DNA of 64,000 nt from Dehalococcoidia bacterium (GCA_963555985.3 OY820591.1:2528001-2592000), one strand, 5' to 3'; numbered from the stretch's first letter, positions 1-10,448 are shown. The notes: a model not told the origin generated them from the letters alone. Numbers and translations are program-made.

Positions 1-973
1 GCGTCGCTCCTTCGGGAGTCCAGAGTCGATTGTCCGCCGATCTGTTTCTCGTCATTACTCCGACGATCACCACCATCGTCATCAGCACCGCAATCAGGCC
101 CGAGAGGATATGCACGGTCGACACCGCCGACCAGACCGCGCCGTCGGTGAAGGCGAGATCATCGAAGAACAGGACGATGCCCATGTTGAATACGTTGCTG
201 CCCAGCACGTTGGTGATCGCCAGGTCGGGCGCATTGAGCCGGAGGGCGGCAAAGGAGGTGCCGATCTCCGGCAGCGACGTGCTGATCGCGAGGAACTGGG
301 TGCCGACGAAGCTCGCTTCCCAGTGCATCGTTTCGGCGATCTGCTCGCCGGTGTTGGAGAGCCAGACAGCCGCCCCTACGACGACGGCAGCGGAGACGGC
401 GTAGATCAGCAAGGCTCTGGACAACGACTGTTCACTCCGGCCAGGCTCGGGCGACCGCTCGTCCGCGCCGACGGCCTCCGCTTCTTGAGTCTGCCGATCG
501 TGCCGATAGATCAGGAACATGGCCGCGACAAAGCCGAGGATCAGCACGATCGTCAGCGGGCTGATGTACCACTCCGAGGTGACTCCGGTTTCGCTGTGGA
601 TGAAGATCGCTAGCGTCGCGAGCGCGATCAGACCTGCGCCGAGCGCGCCGACCATCACCGATGTGCGCGTGACCGCATTCAGGACCGGACCGTTCTGCCA
701 GTAGAGGTCGGCCAGGCCGATGATCATGAGATTGAACAGGTTGCTGCCGAAGGCGTCGCCGATTGCCAGGTCGGGCGCGTCGAGCCAGGCGATCGAGCTG
801 ATCCCGGTGGCCAACTCCGGCAGCGATGTGGCCGTGGCGAGCATGACCACGCCGATGAAGGAGCGTCCCAGCCCGGTCCGCTCCGCCACGGTGTCGGCGG
901 AACTGGCGAGGAAGTGCGCCGCCAGCAGGATGAACACGGCCGACGCGGCGAACTGGAGCCAGAGCAGTGCCAT
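1..973 (-). CDS. Sodium:calcium antiporter (CaCA/YrbG family), 3' end runs off the window
   Basis: Not in the ORF track. Hand translation from ATG at 973 gives MALLWLQFAASAVFILLAAHFLASSADTVAERTGLG, with two alpha-repeats: ATSLPE...GDAFGSNLFN and STSLPE...NVLGSNVFN. Confidence 0.85.
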   Translation of the reverse strand, partial: MALLWLQFAASAVFILLAAHFLASSADTVAERTGLGRSFIGVVMLATATSLPELATGISSIAWLDAPDLAIGDAFGSNLFNLMIIGLADLYWQNGPVLNAVTRTSVMVGALGAGLIALATLAIFIHSETGVTSEWYISPLTIVLILGFVAAMFLIYRHDRQTQEAEAVGADERSPEPGRSEQSLSRALLIYAVSAAVVVGAAVWLSNTGEQIAETMHWEASFVGTQFLAISTSLPEIGTSFAALRLNAPDLAITNVLGSNVFNMGIVLFFDDLAFTDGAVWSAVSTVHILSGLIAVLMTMVVIVGVMTRNRSADNRLWTPEGAT

Positions 974-987
974 CGGCGTCGGTCCTG

Positions 988-1083
988 CCCTCACCCCAAC
1001 CCTCTCCCAGAGGGAGAGGGGGCTAACCCAACGTCCGTCTCGTCTGGCGCCCTCTCTCCCTGGGAGAGGGCGAGGGTGAGGGG
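988..1083. repeat. Inverted pair of REP-like hairpins (CCCTCACCCCAACCCTCTCCC-AGA-GGGAGAGGG family)
   Basis: 988-1022 ccctcaccccaaccctctcccagagggagagggg and 1050-1083 ccctctctccctgggagagggcgagggtgagggg are near reverse complements. Confidence 0.8.
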
Positions 1084-1108
1084 CCCGCGCCGGACGCCTC
1101 TTTCGCCG

Positions 1109-2032
1109 CTAGTCCCAGCTTGGCTTGGATGGGGCTGAGGCGCCGCGCATGAGTTCGCGGTCGTGGGGGGCGTTGGCTCGGGCGCCGCGGAAATCGCGGA
1201 AGGGGCCGTCGCGCCACTCGAGGGCGGCCTTGAGACCGTCGCGCTGGACGCGCATCCCCCACTCGCCCGCTTCGGGGCGGTGCTTGGACATGGCTTCGAC
1301 GTCGGTACCGGAGATCATGGCGGTTTTGTAGCCCTGGATTTCGTAGGCGCGGTTGACCGAGCGCTTGGAGTACATCAACAGGTGGTTGTCGATGTGGCCC
1401 ATGCGCTGGGCGAATTCCATGGTGAATTCGTCCAGATCGTCGGCCTGGAGCGCATAGTTGGCCCAGCCCCAGCGGTACATGTCGGCGCCGGAGTGGGGGT
1501 CGCCGAGGTAGGCGAACTCGCGGGCTTTGGCCTGGGGCAGATGCCAGGGCGCCCACATCGCGTCCATCGTGCCCATCGCGCGGACGGGCGGGTAGCCGAC
1601 CTGGCAGTCTTCGGCGATGATGCGGAGGTCACAGGCGGAGGCGAGTTCGGTCGCTCCGGCGAGGCAGTAGCCATGCACCTGGGCGATGACCGGCTTGGCC
1701 AGCTCCCAGATGATGAAGTTGCCCATCACGGCGTGGCGCGACCAGTCGTAGTGCTGGGGGTGGGTGGTGCCGGTGTCGGGTAGTCCCGTCCACTGGTTGG
1801 TATGTGGATGGTCGGGGTCGGGCGAGGGGGCGAGGTCGTAGCCGGCGGAGAAGGCGCGTCCGGCACCCTTGATGATGACGACGCCGATGCCCGAGTCGGC
1901 CTCGGCTTGTTTGAGCGCGTGGAACATCTCGCCGCGCAGCTCATTGGAGAGCGCGTTGAGCTTTTCGGGGCGGTTCAGGGTCACGGTGGCGACGCGGCCG
2001 TCGGTGTCGTAGAGGATGTTGTCGTAGGTCAT
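1109..2032 (-). CDS. Enoyl-CoA hydratase/isomerase (crotonase) family
   Basis: VATVTLNRPEKLNAL, GRAFSAGYDL, KPVIAQVHGYCLAG motifs. Confidence 0.9.
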   Translation of the reverse strand: MTYDNILYDTDGRVATVTLNRPEKLNALSNELRGEMFHALKQAEADSGIGVVIIKGAGRAFSAGYDLAPSPDPDHPHTNQWTGLPDTGTTHPQHYDWSRHAVMGNFIIWELAKPVIAQVHGYCLAGATELASACDLRIIAEDCQVGYPPVRAMGTMDAMWAPWHLPQAKAREFAYLGDPHSGADMYRWGWANYALQADDLDEFTMEFAQRMGHIDNHLLMYSKRSVNRAYEIQGYKTAMISGTDVEAMSKHRPEAGEWGMRVQRDGLKAALEWRDGPFRDFRGARANAPHDRELMRGASAPSKPSWD

Positions 2033-2039
2033 GGGGCGG

Positions 2040-2380
2040 TCCTTCGAGGCGGTTGGGAGTCGGAATCGAGTATAGGCGCGGGTTTGGAGGCGAAAATCGG
2101 GTGCGATTGGTCAGAAATGCGCAGTTTTGCGGGGAATTCGGTGGAATTCCGTCCAGATTTGTCCAGATCTGTCCAGATTTGTCCGGATGAGTCCGGGTTG
2201 TTCCACGAAACATCAGTGTGAGTCTGTGCTTGTCCTGAGAAGTCCATGATGTGTTCGGCGGTCATGGCGGGTTCCGTTGGTTGTCGGTTTGGTGTTTGGC
2301 GTGGTCAATCATATATGGACGGGCGTTCTGCGGTGGAGGCAGGGTTGGATGGGTGTTTCTGGGGTCACAGTCTGGTTGGA
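2040..2380 (-). mobile_element. Non-coding copy of the dispersed 10-bp-phased repeat element
   Basis: GTCCAGATTT-type 10-mers x5 at 2151-2200. Minus-strand GTCCATATATGATTG...CCCGCCATGACC matches 61876-61937. Mobility is inferred. Confidence 0.5.
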
Positions 2381-2387
2381 GGTGGGC

Positions 2388-2467
2388 GGACCCCCTCTCT
2401 GTCCCCCCGCCTTCGCGGGGGCAGGCTCTACGGGACCTCTCCCCTCGCAGTGCGGGGGGAGAGGGGG
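2388..2467 (-). repeat. REP-A hairpin element (TCTCCCCCCGCAGTGCGGGGGGAGA) with nested mini-insert
   Basis: Palindrome at 2438-2462; insert cccccgccttcgcgggggcaggc near 2404-2426. Confidence 0.75.
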
Positions 2468-2521
2468 AACCGCCTTTGGCGAGATCCCCGCAATGCGGAG
2501 AGCTTGTAGCCTGCGGGCACT

Positions 2522-3325
2522 ATGCCTGATCTGACTACCGATACCGCCGTCTTTGAACTGTCTGACCACATTGCGACCGTGACGCTCAACCGTCCGGAGG
2601 CGATGAATGCGCTGGATCCGGATTTGATCGCCTCCCTAGCCGATATCTGGGTTGAGATCCGCGACAACTCCGATATCTGGGTCGGGATCGTCACCGGCGC
2701 CGGCGACCGCGCCTTCTGCGCCGGGGCCGACCTGAAGAAGACGATTCCGACGCGGCCGGGGGCTGAGAACGTCAACTGGCCGGTGTTTCAGCCGTCGTTG
2801 CGGCACACGATTGACGGCGGGATGCAGATTTGGAAGCCGATGATCGCGGCGGTGAACGGGTATTGTCTGGCGGCGGGACTGACGCTGCTGTCGGCGTGCG
2901 ACTTGCGGATTGCGGCGGAACATGCGCAGTTTGGTTTGCCGGAGGTGATTCGGGGGATTGTGCCGACGCTTGGGGCGACGCAGCGGCTGACACGTCAACT
3001 GCCGTGGTCGGTTGCGATGGAGTTGCTCTTGATGGGCGAGCATATTGATGCGCAGCGGGCGCTGTCGGTGGGGTTGGTCAACCGCGTCGTTCCGGCAGCC
3101 GAAGTGATGCCGACGGCTCGGGCCTGGGCGGAGAAGCTGACGGCGGGCGCACCGTTGACGCAGCGGGCGATCAAGGAGGCGGCGGTGCGTGGGTTGTCCT
3201 TGCCGATTGATGAGGGGATCCGGTTGGAGGAGTTGTTGTCGGCGCACGTTCGGAAGACGGATGATTTCAAGGAGGGTCCGCGGGCGTTTGCGGAGAAGCG
3301 GCCTCCGGTCTATCGGGGGAACTAG
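2522..3325 (+). CDS. Enoyl-CoA hydratase/isomerase
   Basis: TLNRPEAMNAL, AFCAGADL, KPMIAAVNGYCLA, FGLPEV, EGPRAFAEKR. Confidence 0.92.
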   Translation: MPDLTTDTAVFELSDHIATVTLNRPEAMNALDPDLIASLADIWVEIRDNSDIWVGIVTGAGDRAFCAGADLKKTIPTRPGAENVNWPVFQPSLRHTIDGGMQIWKPMIAAVNGYCLAAGLTLLSACDLRIAAEHAQFGLPEVIRGIVPTLGATQRLTRQLPWSVAMELLLMGEHIDAQRALSVGLVNRVVPAAEVMPTARAWAEKLTAGAPLTQRAIKEAAVRGLSLPIDEGIRLEELLSAHVRKTDDFKEGPRAFAEKRPPVYRGN

Positions 3326-3350
3326 GCTCACTACGTCGCTGCCAAACAGC

Positions 3351-3660
3351 GCCATCATACGCGCGCTTGCCGCGGGTATCTCGATGTGGGCAGCATGGCA
3401 GTCGCGTCCGGGTTGGGCGCTTTGGGACCGAGAGTCCTCAGAATGAGACGACGGTGCAGCACTCAGCGAGATTCCCGCGACGGAGCGCGGGAATGACGGT
3501 GTTTGATTTACGCGAAGGTCTCTTGTAGGCACGCTGGAGTCTAGAGGAGCGGATCGCGCGATGTGAGGTCGGTGGTACGACCAGATTGGGAGTGGTTTCA
3601 CACTTGGTTGCTTCGAGATTCCCGCCTGCGCGGGAATGACGAGGCAGTAGTGGGAATGAC
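3351..3660. repeat. REP-B cluster (GTCAT[T/A]CCCGCG..GCGGG[A/T]ATC) with an IS-like end
   Basis: catacgcgcgcttgccgcgggtatctc (3356), gattcccgcgacggagcgcgggaatgac (3470), tttgatttacgcgaaggtctc (3502-3522), gattcccgcctgcgcgggaatgac (3617). Confidence 0.75.
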
Positions 3661-3734
3661 GGAAGCGGGCTGTGAGTAGGCCCTAGTCTGTGAGAGACCG
3701 TGTGGGACGGGTTCACGAAGCAGGAGCGAAACAG

Positions 3735-4682
3735 ATGACGATGCGAGTGAGTTTTGGCGCGCAGATTCCGGGGAATTCGACGGACTTTTCGCTGATGCGG
3801 GATGTGGCTCAGACGATGGATGCGACGCGCTGGTCTTCGGCTTGGACGTATGACCACTTTGTGCCTCCGCTGGTGTTTATGGATGAGACTCAGGACTCGT
3901 TGGAGGGCTGGATGACGCTGGCGGCGCTTGGGGAGGCGACGGAGACGCTGATGTTGGGCACGCTGGTGTCGGGGGTGACGTACCGGAATCCGGGGTTGCT
4001 GGCGAAGATGACGGCGACGCTCGATCACAACACGAAGGGCCGTGCGATCCTGGGCTTGGGCGCGGCCTGGCATGAGCGCGAGCACGCGGCCTACGGCTGG
4101 GACTTTCCCGAACTGCGTGAGCGGTCGGATCGACTGGAGGAGGCGACGGCGCTGATCCGGGCGCTGTTCCGCTCAGAGGAGTCGGTGCATTTCGAGGGTC
4201 AGTACTACCGGCTCGATCATGCGCCGTTTGCGCCTCGAGTGCATCCGGATCATGCGGGCGGCGCGATCGAGATCATGATCGGCGGGAACGGAGCGAAGCG
4301 GACGTTGCGCACGCTGGCTCGGTATGGGGATATCTGCAATGTGCGGGGGACGCCGGAGGAAGTGGCCAAGATGATCGAGGTGATTCACGCTCACTGCCGC
4401 GACGCGGGGCGGGATCCGTCGGAGATCACGCTGACGACGGTGATGCGTCCGGCGCTGGTTGTGGAGCAGCACAAGATCGAGCGGTTGCGGCAGGTACACG
4501 GCGCGGAGATGACGCCCGAACAGCAGGAGCGGCTGCCGATCGGTCCGGCGGAGCATCTGATCGGTCTGTTTGAGGAGTATGCGGCGGTGGGGATCAGCGG
4601 GTTTGTGTTTGAGTCGATTCCGAACAATCCGCGTTTGTATGAGCAGTTCGATGCCGAGGTGCTGAGCGCGTTTGACGAGTGA
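3735..4682 (+). CDS. LLM-class (probably F420-dependent) oxidoreductase
   Basis: WTYDHF, GTLVSGVTYRNPGLLAKM, LGLGAAW, IMIGGNG. AGGAG RBS upstream of ATG 3735. Confidence 0.88.
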   Translation: MTMRVSFGAQIPGNSTDFSLMRDVAQTMDATRWSSAWTYDHFVPPLVFMDETQDSLEGWMTLAALGEATETLMLGTLVSGVTYRNPGLLAKMTATLDHNTKGRAILGLGAAWHEREHAAYGWDFPELRERSDRLEEATALIRALFRSEESVHFEGQYYRLDHAPFAPRVHPDHAGGAIEIMIGGNGAKRTLRTLARYGDICNVRGTPEEVAKMIEVIHAHCRDAGRDPSEITLTTVMRPALVVEQHKIERLRQVHGAEMTPEQQERLPIGPAEHLIGLFEEYAAVGISGFVFESIPNNPRLYEQFDAEVLSAFDE

Positions 4683-4695
4683 GGCCGGGGGTCTT

Positions 4696-4872
4696 CCTGC
4701 GCGGGAATCCATCCCGGCGATCTGCGGCGTGGATTCCCGCCCCCTGTTCAGGCCAGGGGCAGGCTGCGCGGGAATGACGGATATGGGGATTTTGCACAGG
4801 CCTCCCTGCGCGGGAATGACGGATATGGGGATTTTGCACAGGCCTCCGTGCGCGGGAATGACGGATATGGGG
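4696..4872. repeat. REP-B pair plus a 42-bp tandem repeat (about 2.6 copies)
   Basis: Unit tgcgcgggaatgacggatatggggattttgcacaggcctccc at 4765, 4807 and, partially, 4849. Confidence 0.85.
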
Positions 4873-4981
4873 GGGGCGCGGAGTTTCGCAACGGGATCCC
4901 TGAGCGTGCGTCATTCGGGACGCTGCCTCTGTACACTGGGTTATCTGGTAGCCGATCCACTGTGAGGATCAGGAGGAACCC

Positions 4982-7543
4982 ATGAGACTCGCGCGTGTAC
5001 GACTGGTTGGGGTGGCGTTGCTCCTGTTCGCGTTGGTGGGGGCGCTCTTTGCGGCGTGCGGCGACGATGAGGATGATCAGCAACAGGCCGCCGCTCAGGT
5101 TGCGCAACAGCAACAGCAAGAAGAAGCGGCGCAGCCGGCTGCGCGTCCGGCGGCGCAGCAACAGCAAGAGCAGGCGCGGCAACCGGCGGCGCCCGTGTCT
5201 GAGGAGCCGCTGAAGATCGGTTTCCTAGCGGACTACTCGGGCGCGATTGCGGAGTTCGGGCCGGCGATCGAGACCGGAGTGCGGCTGGCGATCAAGCATC
5301 TCAACGACGCGGGCGGAGTTCTGGGGCGTCCGGTGGAGCTGTACATCGGCGACACGGGGCTGAATCCCACGCAGGCGGTGGAAGAGGCGCGGCGGCTGAT
5401 TGAGGTGGAGGGCGTACACGCGATTGTGGGGCCGCTGGCCTCATCGATCACGCTGGCGGTGGCGGAGTCGGTGACTGCGCCGGCCGGGGTTCCCACGATC
5501 TCTCCCTCAGCGACCTCGCCGCAGCTGAGCATCGCCAGCGACAACGATTTCCTCTTCCGCAGCACGGTTTCAGACGCGGCCCAGGGTCCGGTGCTGGCGC
5601 AGCTGGCGGCGGACGAGGGCTACAGCTCGGTCGGGGTGGTGTACCTCAACGATCCGTACGGTCAGGGACTCGCGGAAGCCTTCGCCTCGGCCTGGGGCGG
5701 CGATATCTCGATGGCCTCGATTGAGGACGGGCAAACCTCGTACCTGGCGGAATTGCAACTGGCGGGGGAATACGGCGCCGAGGTGCTGATCGCGATCGCG
5801 TTCCCGACGCAGGCCGAGGTGTTTATCCGGGAAGCGCTGGAGAATGGGCTGTTTGACCGGTTCCTCTTCGTCGACGGGACCAAGAGCCAAGATCTGGTCG
5901 ACGCGATTGGCGGCCAGTACTTCGAGGGGATGAAGGGCACCGCTCCGTCGGCGGGGCCGGAATCGGACGCGCTGCGCACCTTCAATGCAGCCTACGAAGC
6001 CGAGTACGGCGAGCTGAGTCCACTGCCGTTCATCCGTGAGGCGTATGACGCGACGATCGCGATCGCGCTTGCCGCCGAGCGCGCCGGTTCGGTTGATTCG
6101 GGCGCGATTCGGGATGCGCTGCGCGATGTGGCGGCGCCGCCGGGCGACGAGTACATCCCGGGCGCGGACGGCGTAGCGGGAGCACTCGACGCGATTCGCA
6201 ACGGCGACACGATCAACTACACGGGCGCGGCAACGACGCTGGACTGGGACGCCAACGGCGATGTGGTGACCGGCTACATCGGCGTCTGGCAGTACGAGGA
6301 CGGCGGGATCGTCGAACTGTCGGTGACGGCATTCGACCTCTCCGGCGGGGCGGCGGTAGCGACGCCGCGGGAGCCGGCCGCGACGGCTCCGATGTCGGAC
6401 GAACCGCTCAAGATCGCGTTCCTGGCGGATTTCTCGGGTCCGTTGTCAGAGTTCGGTCCGGTGATGCAGACGGGCGTGGATCTGGCTGTGGCGCATGTCA
6501 ACTCGGCCGGCGGCGTGCTGGGGCATCAGGTCGTGCTCGTGCTCGGCGACACCGGTCTGGAAGCCGGGATCGCAGTCGAGGAAGCGCGCCGGCTGGTTGA
6601 GATCGAGGGCGTGCACGGGATCGTGGGGCCGTTGACATCGAGCAACACGTTGCAGGTCGCGGAGAGTGTCACCTCTCCGGCGCAGGTGCCGACGATCTCG
6701 CCTTCGGCGACATCGCCGCAGCTGTCGCTGGCGGACGATGACGGCTACCTGTTCCGGAGCACGATCTCGGACGCGGCGCAGGGTCCGGTGCTGGCGGATC
6801 TGACCAGCGCCGAGGGCTACACCAATGTTGGCGTGATCTACATCAACGACCCCTACGGTCAGGGTCTGGCCGACGCCTTCGCGGCCGCGTTCGAGGGCGA
6901 AGCGAACCTGGTCTCGATCGAGGATGCGCAGGCGTCGTACCTCTCCGAGTTGCAGCAGGCGGCGGATAACGACGCCGAGGCGCTGGTCGTGATCGCGTTC
7001 CCGCGCCAGGCGGAGATCTTCATCCGCGAGGCGTTGGAGCAAGGACTGTTCGATCAGTTCGTGTTCGTGGACGGCTCGAAGAGTCAGGAGCTGATCGACG
7101 CGATCGGCGGCGAGTACCTGAACGGGATGAAGGGCACGGCTCCGACCGGCGAGCCGGATTCGGCCACGCTGGCGGCCTGGCAGAACGCCTACACCGACGT
7201 CTACGGCGAGTTGCCGACGCTGCCGTTCGTGACCGAGACGTATGACGCGGCGATCGCGCTGATGCTGGCCGCGCAGGCGGCCGGTTCGCTGGACGGCGAC
7301 GCGATCCGCGATGCGCTGCCGCGCATCGCCGCGCCCGGCGGGGAAGTGATTATTCCCGGTCCGGAGGGGATTGCGCGGGCGCTCGAGATTCTGGCCGCGG
7401 GCGGAGAGATCAACTATCAGGGCGCGGCGACTACGCTCGACTGGAACGCAGTCGGCGACGTGACCTCCGGCTACATCGGCGTCTGGCAATACGCGGACGG
7501 CGGAATTGAGGAGATTGAGGCGGTCTTCTTCCAGCTCGATTAG
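4982..7543 (+). CDS. Liv-type ABC substrate-binding lipoprotein with two tandem binding domains
   Basis: Lipobox LFAAC, Q/A linker, two copies of PLKI.FLAD.SG...TISPSATSPQLS...FRST.SDAAQG. Confidence 0.9.
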   Translation: MRLARVRLVGVALLLFALVGALFAACGDDEDDQQQAAAQVAQQQQQEEAAQPAARPAAQQQQEQARQPAAPVSEEPLKIGFLADYSGAIAEFGPAIETGVRLAIKHLNDAGGVLGRPVELYIGDTGLNPTQAVEEARRLIEVEGVHAIVGPLASSITLAVAESVTAPAGVPTISPSATSPQLSIASDNDFLFRSTVSDAAQGPVLAQLAADEGYSSVGVVYLNDPYGQGLAEAFASAWGGDISMASIEDGQTSYLAELQLAGEYGAEVLIAIAFPTQAEVFIREALENGLFDRFLFVDGTKSQDLVDAIGGQYFEGMKGTAPSAGPESDALRTFNAAYEAEYGELSPLPFIREAYDATIAIALAAERAGSVDSGAIRDALRDVAAPPGDEYIPGADGVAGALDAIRNGDTINYTGAATTLDWDANGDVVTGYIGVWQYEDGGIVELSVTAFDLSGGAAVATPREPAATAPMSDEPLKIAFLADFSGPLSEFGPVMQTGVDLAVAHVNSAGGVLGHQVVLVLGDTGLEAGIAVEEARRLVEIEGVHGIVGPLTSSNTLQVAESVTSPAQVPTISPSATSPQLSLADDDGYLFRSTISDAAQGPVLADLTSAEGYTNVGVIYINDPYGQGLADAFAAAFEGEANLVSIEDAQASYLSELQQAADNDAEALVVIAFPRQAEIFIREALEQGLFDQFVFVDGSKSQELIDAIGGEYLNGMKGTAPTGEPDSATLAAWQNAYTDVYGELPTLPFVTETYDAAIALMLAAQAAGSLDGDAIRDALPRIAAPGGEVIIPGPEGIARALEILAAGGEINYQGAATTLDWNAVGDVTSGYIGVWQYADGGIEEIEAVFFQLD

Positions 7544-7580
7544 CGCCCGCCGGCGTTCCGGCGCGCTGCATCGAGCGGCA

Positions 7581-7608
7581 CGAGCGGACCCCGCCTGTTG
7601 GCGGGGTT
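7581..7608 (+). terminator. GC-rich intergenic hairpin
   Basis: gcggaccccgcc-tgtt-ggcggggttcgc; no U-tract, so function is uncertain. Confidence 0.35.
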
Positions 7609-7648
7609 CGCGCTGCCCCATCGGGTGCTTCGCAGTTGATCGCAAAGA

Positions 7649-9049
7649 GTGGAGCGAGTGGTGGAGCGTTTGCGCAAGCGACGGATCAGGCGGTTGTTGG
7701 TTGTCCTCGCGTTCGGGGTATTCGCGTTCGGGGCTGCGTGCGGGGGAGAGGATGCGTCGCCTGCGAGCGTGCGCGACTCTGAGACTGCGCGACAGACGCA
7801 AGCGCAGGAGGACGGCGCCGCGCAAGCGCAAGCAGCGCCAGAGAGGGAGACAGCCTCAGAGGAGCAAGAGGCGAACACAGACGCGGACGGGACGTTGCCG
7901 GAGACGCCGCTCAAACTCGCCTTCCTGCTCGACTACAGCGGGCCGCTCGCAGAGTGGGCGCCGGAGTTGCAGAAGGGCTTTGACTTGGCGATCAAGCAGA
8001 TCAACGAGGCGGGCGGCGTCTGGGGGATGCCGGTCGAGTCGGCGATCGGCGACGACGGCACCAATCCCACGATTGCGGTCGAGGAGGCGCGGCGGCTGGT
8101 CGAGATCGAAGGCGTGCACGGGATTGTCGGCCCCATGTCGAGCGCGATGACCCTGGCCATCACCGAGTCGGTGACCGCGGCCGCGCGCGTGTCCGTGATC
8201 TCGCCGGTGGCGACCTCATCGCAACTCACGCTGGCTCAGGACGACGACTTCCTCTTCCGGGTCTCGCTGGCGGATCGTGTGGAGGGCGTCTATCTCGCGC
8301 AGCTGGCGCGGGAACAGGGCTTTGACAATGTGGCCCTGATCTACCGCGACGACGCCTTTGGGCAAGGGATGGCGAAGGCGTTCGAGGAGCATTGGCAGGG
8401 GACCGTGGAGACGATTGGGATCGACCCCGCGGGGAGCAGTTTCGTCTCGGAATTACAGCAATCCAGCCGCAGCGGAGCAGAGGCGCTGGTACTGGTGGCG
8501 TTTCCGCCCGAGGCGATCCTGCTTCTGCGCGAAGCGTTGGAGCAGGGTTACTTCGACCAGTTCGTGTTTAGCGCCGCCGGCCAGAGTCTCACCTTGCCCG
8601 AAGCGATCGGAGCTGAGGCGCTGGCCGGTATGCACGGCACCTATGTCGCGCCGGCTCCCGAGAACGACTCCTCGCGCGCCTGGGTCGCGGCCTATACGGC
8701 CGAGTACGGCGCGCCTCCCACACGCCCGTATATCAAGGAGGCGTACGACGCCACGATCGCGCTTGCGCTAGCGGCGCAGGCTGCGGGTACGAATGACGGC
8801 GCAGAAATTCGCGATCAGCTGCGCCGGATCGGTTCGGGGCCGGGGCGGATCGTGATTGCGCAAGCGGAGAGTATCGCCGCCGGTCTCGACGCGGCCGCAG
8901 CCGGCGACGACATCGACTACGAGGGCGCGGCGGGCACGCTCGATTGGGATGTCAACGGCGATATCACGCGCGGCTACATTGGTACCTGGCGCTTCACCGA
9001 AACAGGCGAGATTGAGCGAGTCGATGTGTTCGCGTATGTCGCCGACTGA
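7649..9049 (+). CDS. Liv-type ABC substrate-binding lipoprotein
   Basis: Lipobox FGAAC; paralog of 4982. Start codon uncertain. Confidence 0.88.
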   Translation: MERVVERLRKRRIRRLLVVLAFGVFAFGAACGGEDASPASVRDSETARQTQAQEDGAAQAQAAPERETASEEQEANTDADGTLPETPLKLAFLLDYSGPLAEWAPELQKGFDLAIKQINEAGGVWGMPVESAIGDDGTNPTIAVEEARRLVEIEGVHGIVGPMSSAMTLAITESVTAAARVSVISPVATSSQLTLAQDDDFLFRVSLADRVEGVYLAQLAREQGFDNVALIYRDDAFGQGMAKAFEEHWQGTVETIGIDPAGSSFVSELQQSSRSGAEALVLVAFPPEAILLLREALEQGYFDQFVFSAAGQSLTLPEAIGAEALAGMHGTYVAPAPENDSSRAWVAAYTAEYGAPPTRPYIKEAYDATIALALAAQAAGTNDGAEIRDQLRRIGSGPGRIVIAQAESIAAGLDAAAAGDDIDYEGAAGTLDWDVNGDITRGYIGTWRFTETGEIERVDVFAYVAD

Positions 9050-9107
9050 GGTTTCGGTTTAAGATCGAACCAGGTTCCGACCGCTTCGCGCAAGGGAATG
9101 TGTCCAT

Positions 9108-10448
9108 ATGCGCCAACTTCGCTCTCTTCTGCTCTTGCCGCTGGTAGCGGTTGTCAGTTTGTGTGTCCTGATCGCCTGTTCGGACGCTGAAGACGAAGCG
9201 GACGCGCAGCCACAGCCCAGCGCCGCGCAAGCGCAGAGCCAGCAAGCACCAAGTCAGCCGGAAGCGGAGCAGGCGGACGACGAAGAGGCGCTGGGGCCGC
9301 TCAAGATCGCGCTGATCGGCGATCTCACCGGCGGGCTGTCCGAGATCGGCGTTGAGATGCGGGACGGATTCCTGCTCGCGATCAAACACATCAACGCGGC
9401 TGGGGGCGTCTTCGGGCAACCGGTCGAGTTCGTGATCGGCGATACGCAGACCGACCCGACGATTGCGGTGGAAGAAGCGCGGCGGGTGATTGAGATCGAA
9501 GGCGCGCACGTGATCGTCGGCGCGCACTCGAGCACGAATTCGCTGGCGGTCGCGGAGAGCGTGACCGGCCCGAGCGGAGTGCCCCAAGTCAGCCCGGCTT
9601 CGTCGTCGCCGCAGCTAGCCGTGGCGGACGACAACGATTTTCTCTTCCGCGCGACGCTCAACGACCGCGTACAGGGTCCGGCGCTGGCCCAACTGACGCA
9701 TGAGCGCGGCTTTAGCAACGTGGGCATGCTCTACCGCGACGACGCCTGGGGACAGGGCATCGCGGCTTCGTTCGAGCAGTCGTTCACCGAGGACTGGGGT
9801 GGGAACGTGGTCTCAATTCCGGTCGATCCACGCCAGACGACGTATCTCTCCGAGATTCAGCAGTCGCTCCGTGAGGGGGCGGAAGCGATGGTCATGCTTG
9901 CCTACGTGCCCGAAGGCGCGATCATCCTGCGCGAATCGATTGAGAACGGGTTGTATGACCAGTTCGTCTTCGGGCCGACCAGCCGCAATCACTCACTGAT
10001 CGAGGAGATCGGGGCGGAGCATCTCGCCGATATGTACGGGACTGCGCCCGGGACCGCGCCCGGGACCGAATCCGCGCTGCTCTGGGAGGCGGCGTTCATC
10101 GAGGAATACGAGCGTCCCTATGCCTACCCCTACACGAAGCAGGCGTACGACGCGGTGATTGTGCTGGCGCTGGCGGCAGAGGCAGCGCAATCGACCGACG
10201 GCGCGGCGATCCGCGATCAGCTGCGCCGGATCGGGGGCGCGCCCGGGCAGCTGGTAATCGCCGACGTGGGCAGCCTGCGGCTCGGTCTGAGCGCTGCGGC
10301 GGATGGTGAAGACATCGACTATGAGGGCGCCGCGCAATCGTTGGAGTGGGATGAGAACGGCGATCTGGAGCGCGGCTACGTGGGGCTCTGGCGCTTCACC
10401 GCCGAGGGCGGGATCGAAGACACGGGCGTGATCCCGTACGGGGAATAG
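9108..10448 (+). CDS. Liv-type ABC substrate-binding lipoprotein
   Basis: Lipobox LIAC; PLKIALIGDLTG; VEEARRVIEIEG. Confidence 0.88.
   Translation: MRQLRSLLLLPLVAVVSLCVLIACSDAEDEADAQPQPSAAQAQSQQAPSQPEAEQADDEEALGPLKIALIGDLTGGLSEIGVEMRDGFLLAIKHINAAGGVFGQPVEFVIGDTQTDPTIAVEEARRVIEIEGAHVIVGAHSSTNSLAVAESVTGPSGVPQVSPASSSPQLAVADDNDFLFRATLNDRVQGPALAQLTHERGFSNVGMLYRDDAWGQGIAASFEQSFTEDWGGNVVSIPVDPRQTTYLSEIQQSLREGAEAMVMLAYVPEGAIILRESIENGLYDQFVFGPTSRNHSLIEEIGAEHLADMYGTAPGTAPGTESALLWEAAFIEEYERPYAYPYTKQAYDAVIVLALAAEAAQSTDGAAIRDQLRRIGGAPGQLVIADVGSLRLGLSAAADGEDIDYEGAAQSLEWDENGDLERGYVGLWRFTAEGGIEDTGVIPYGE

Noticed and set aside
2029-2265. Short ORFs within the 10-bp-repeat elements (also 31480-32058, 61676-62023)
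   Set aside because: Low complexity and no conserved frame between copies; treated as element remnants rather than genes.
4765-4872. 42-bp repeats as a CRISPR array
   Set aside because: Units are near-identical end to end with no unique spacers, they are built from REP/MITE parts, and no cas genes are present.
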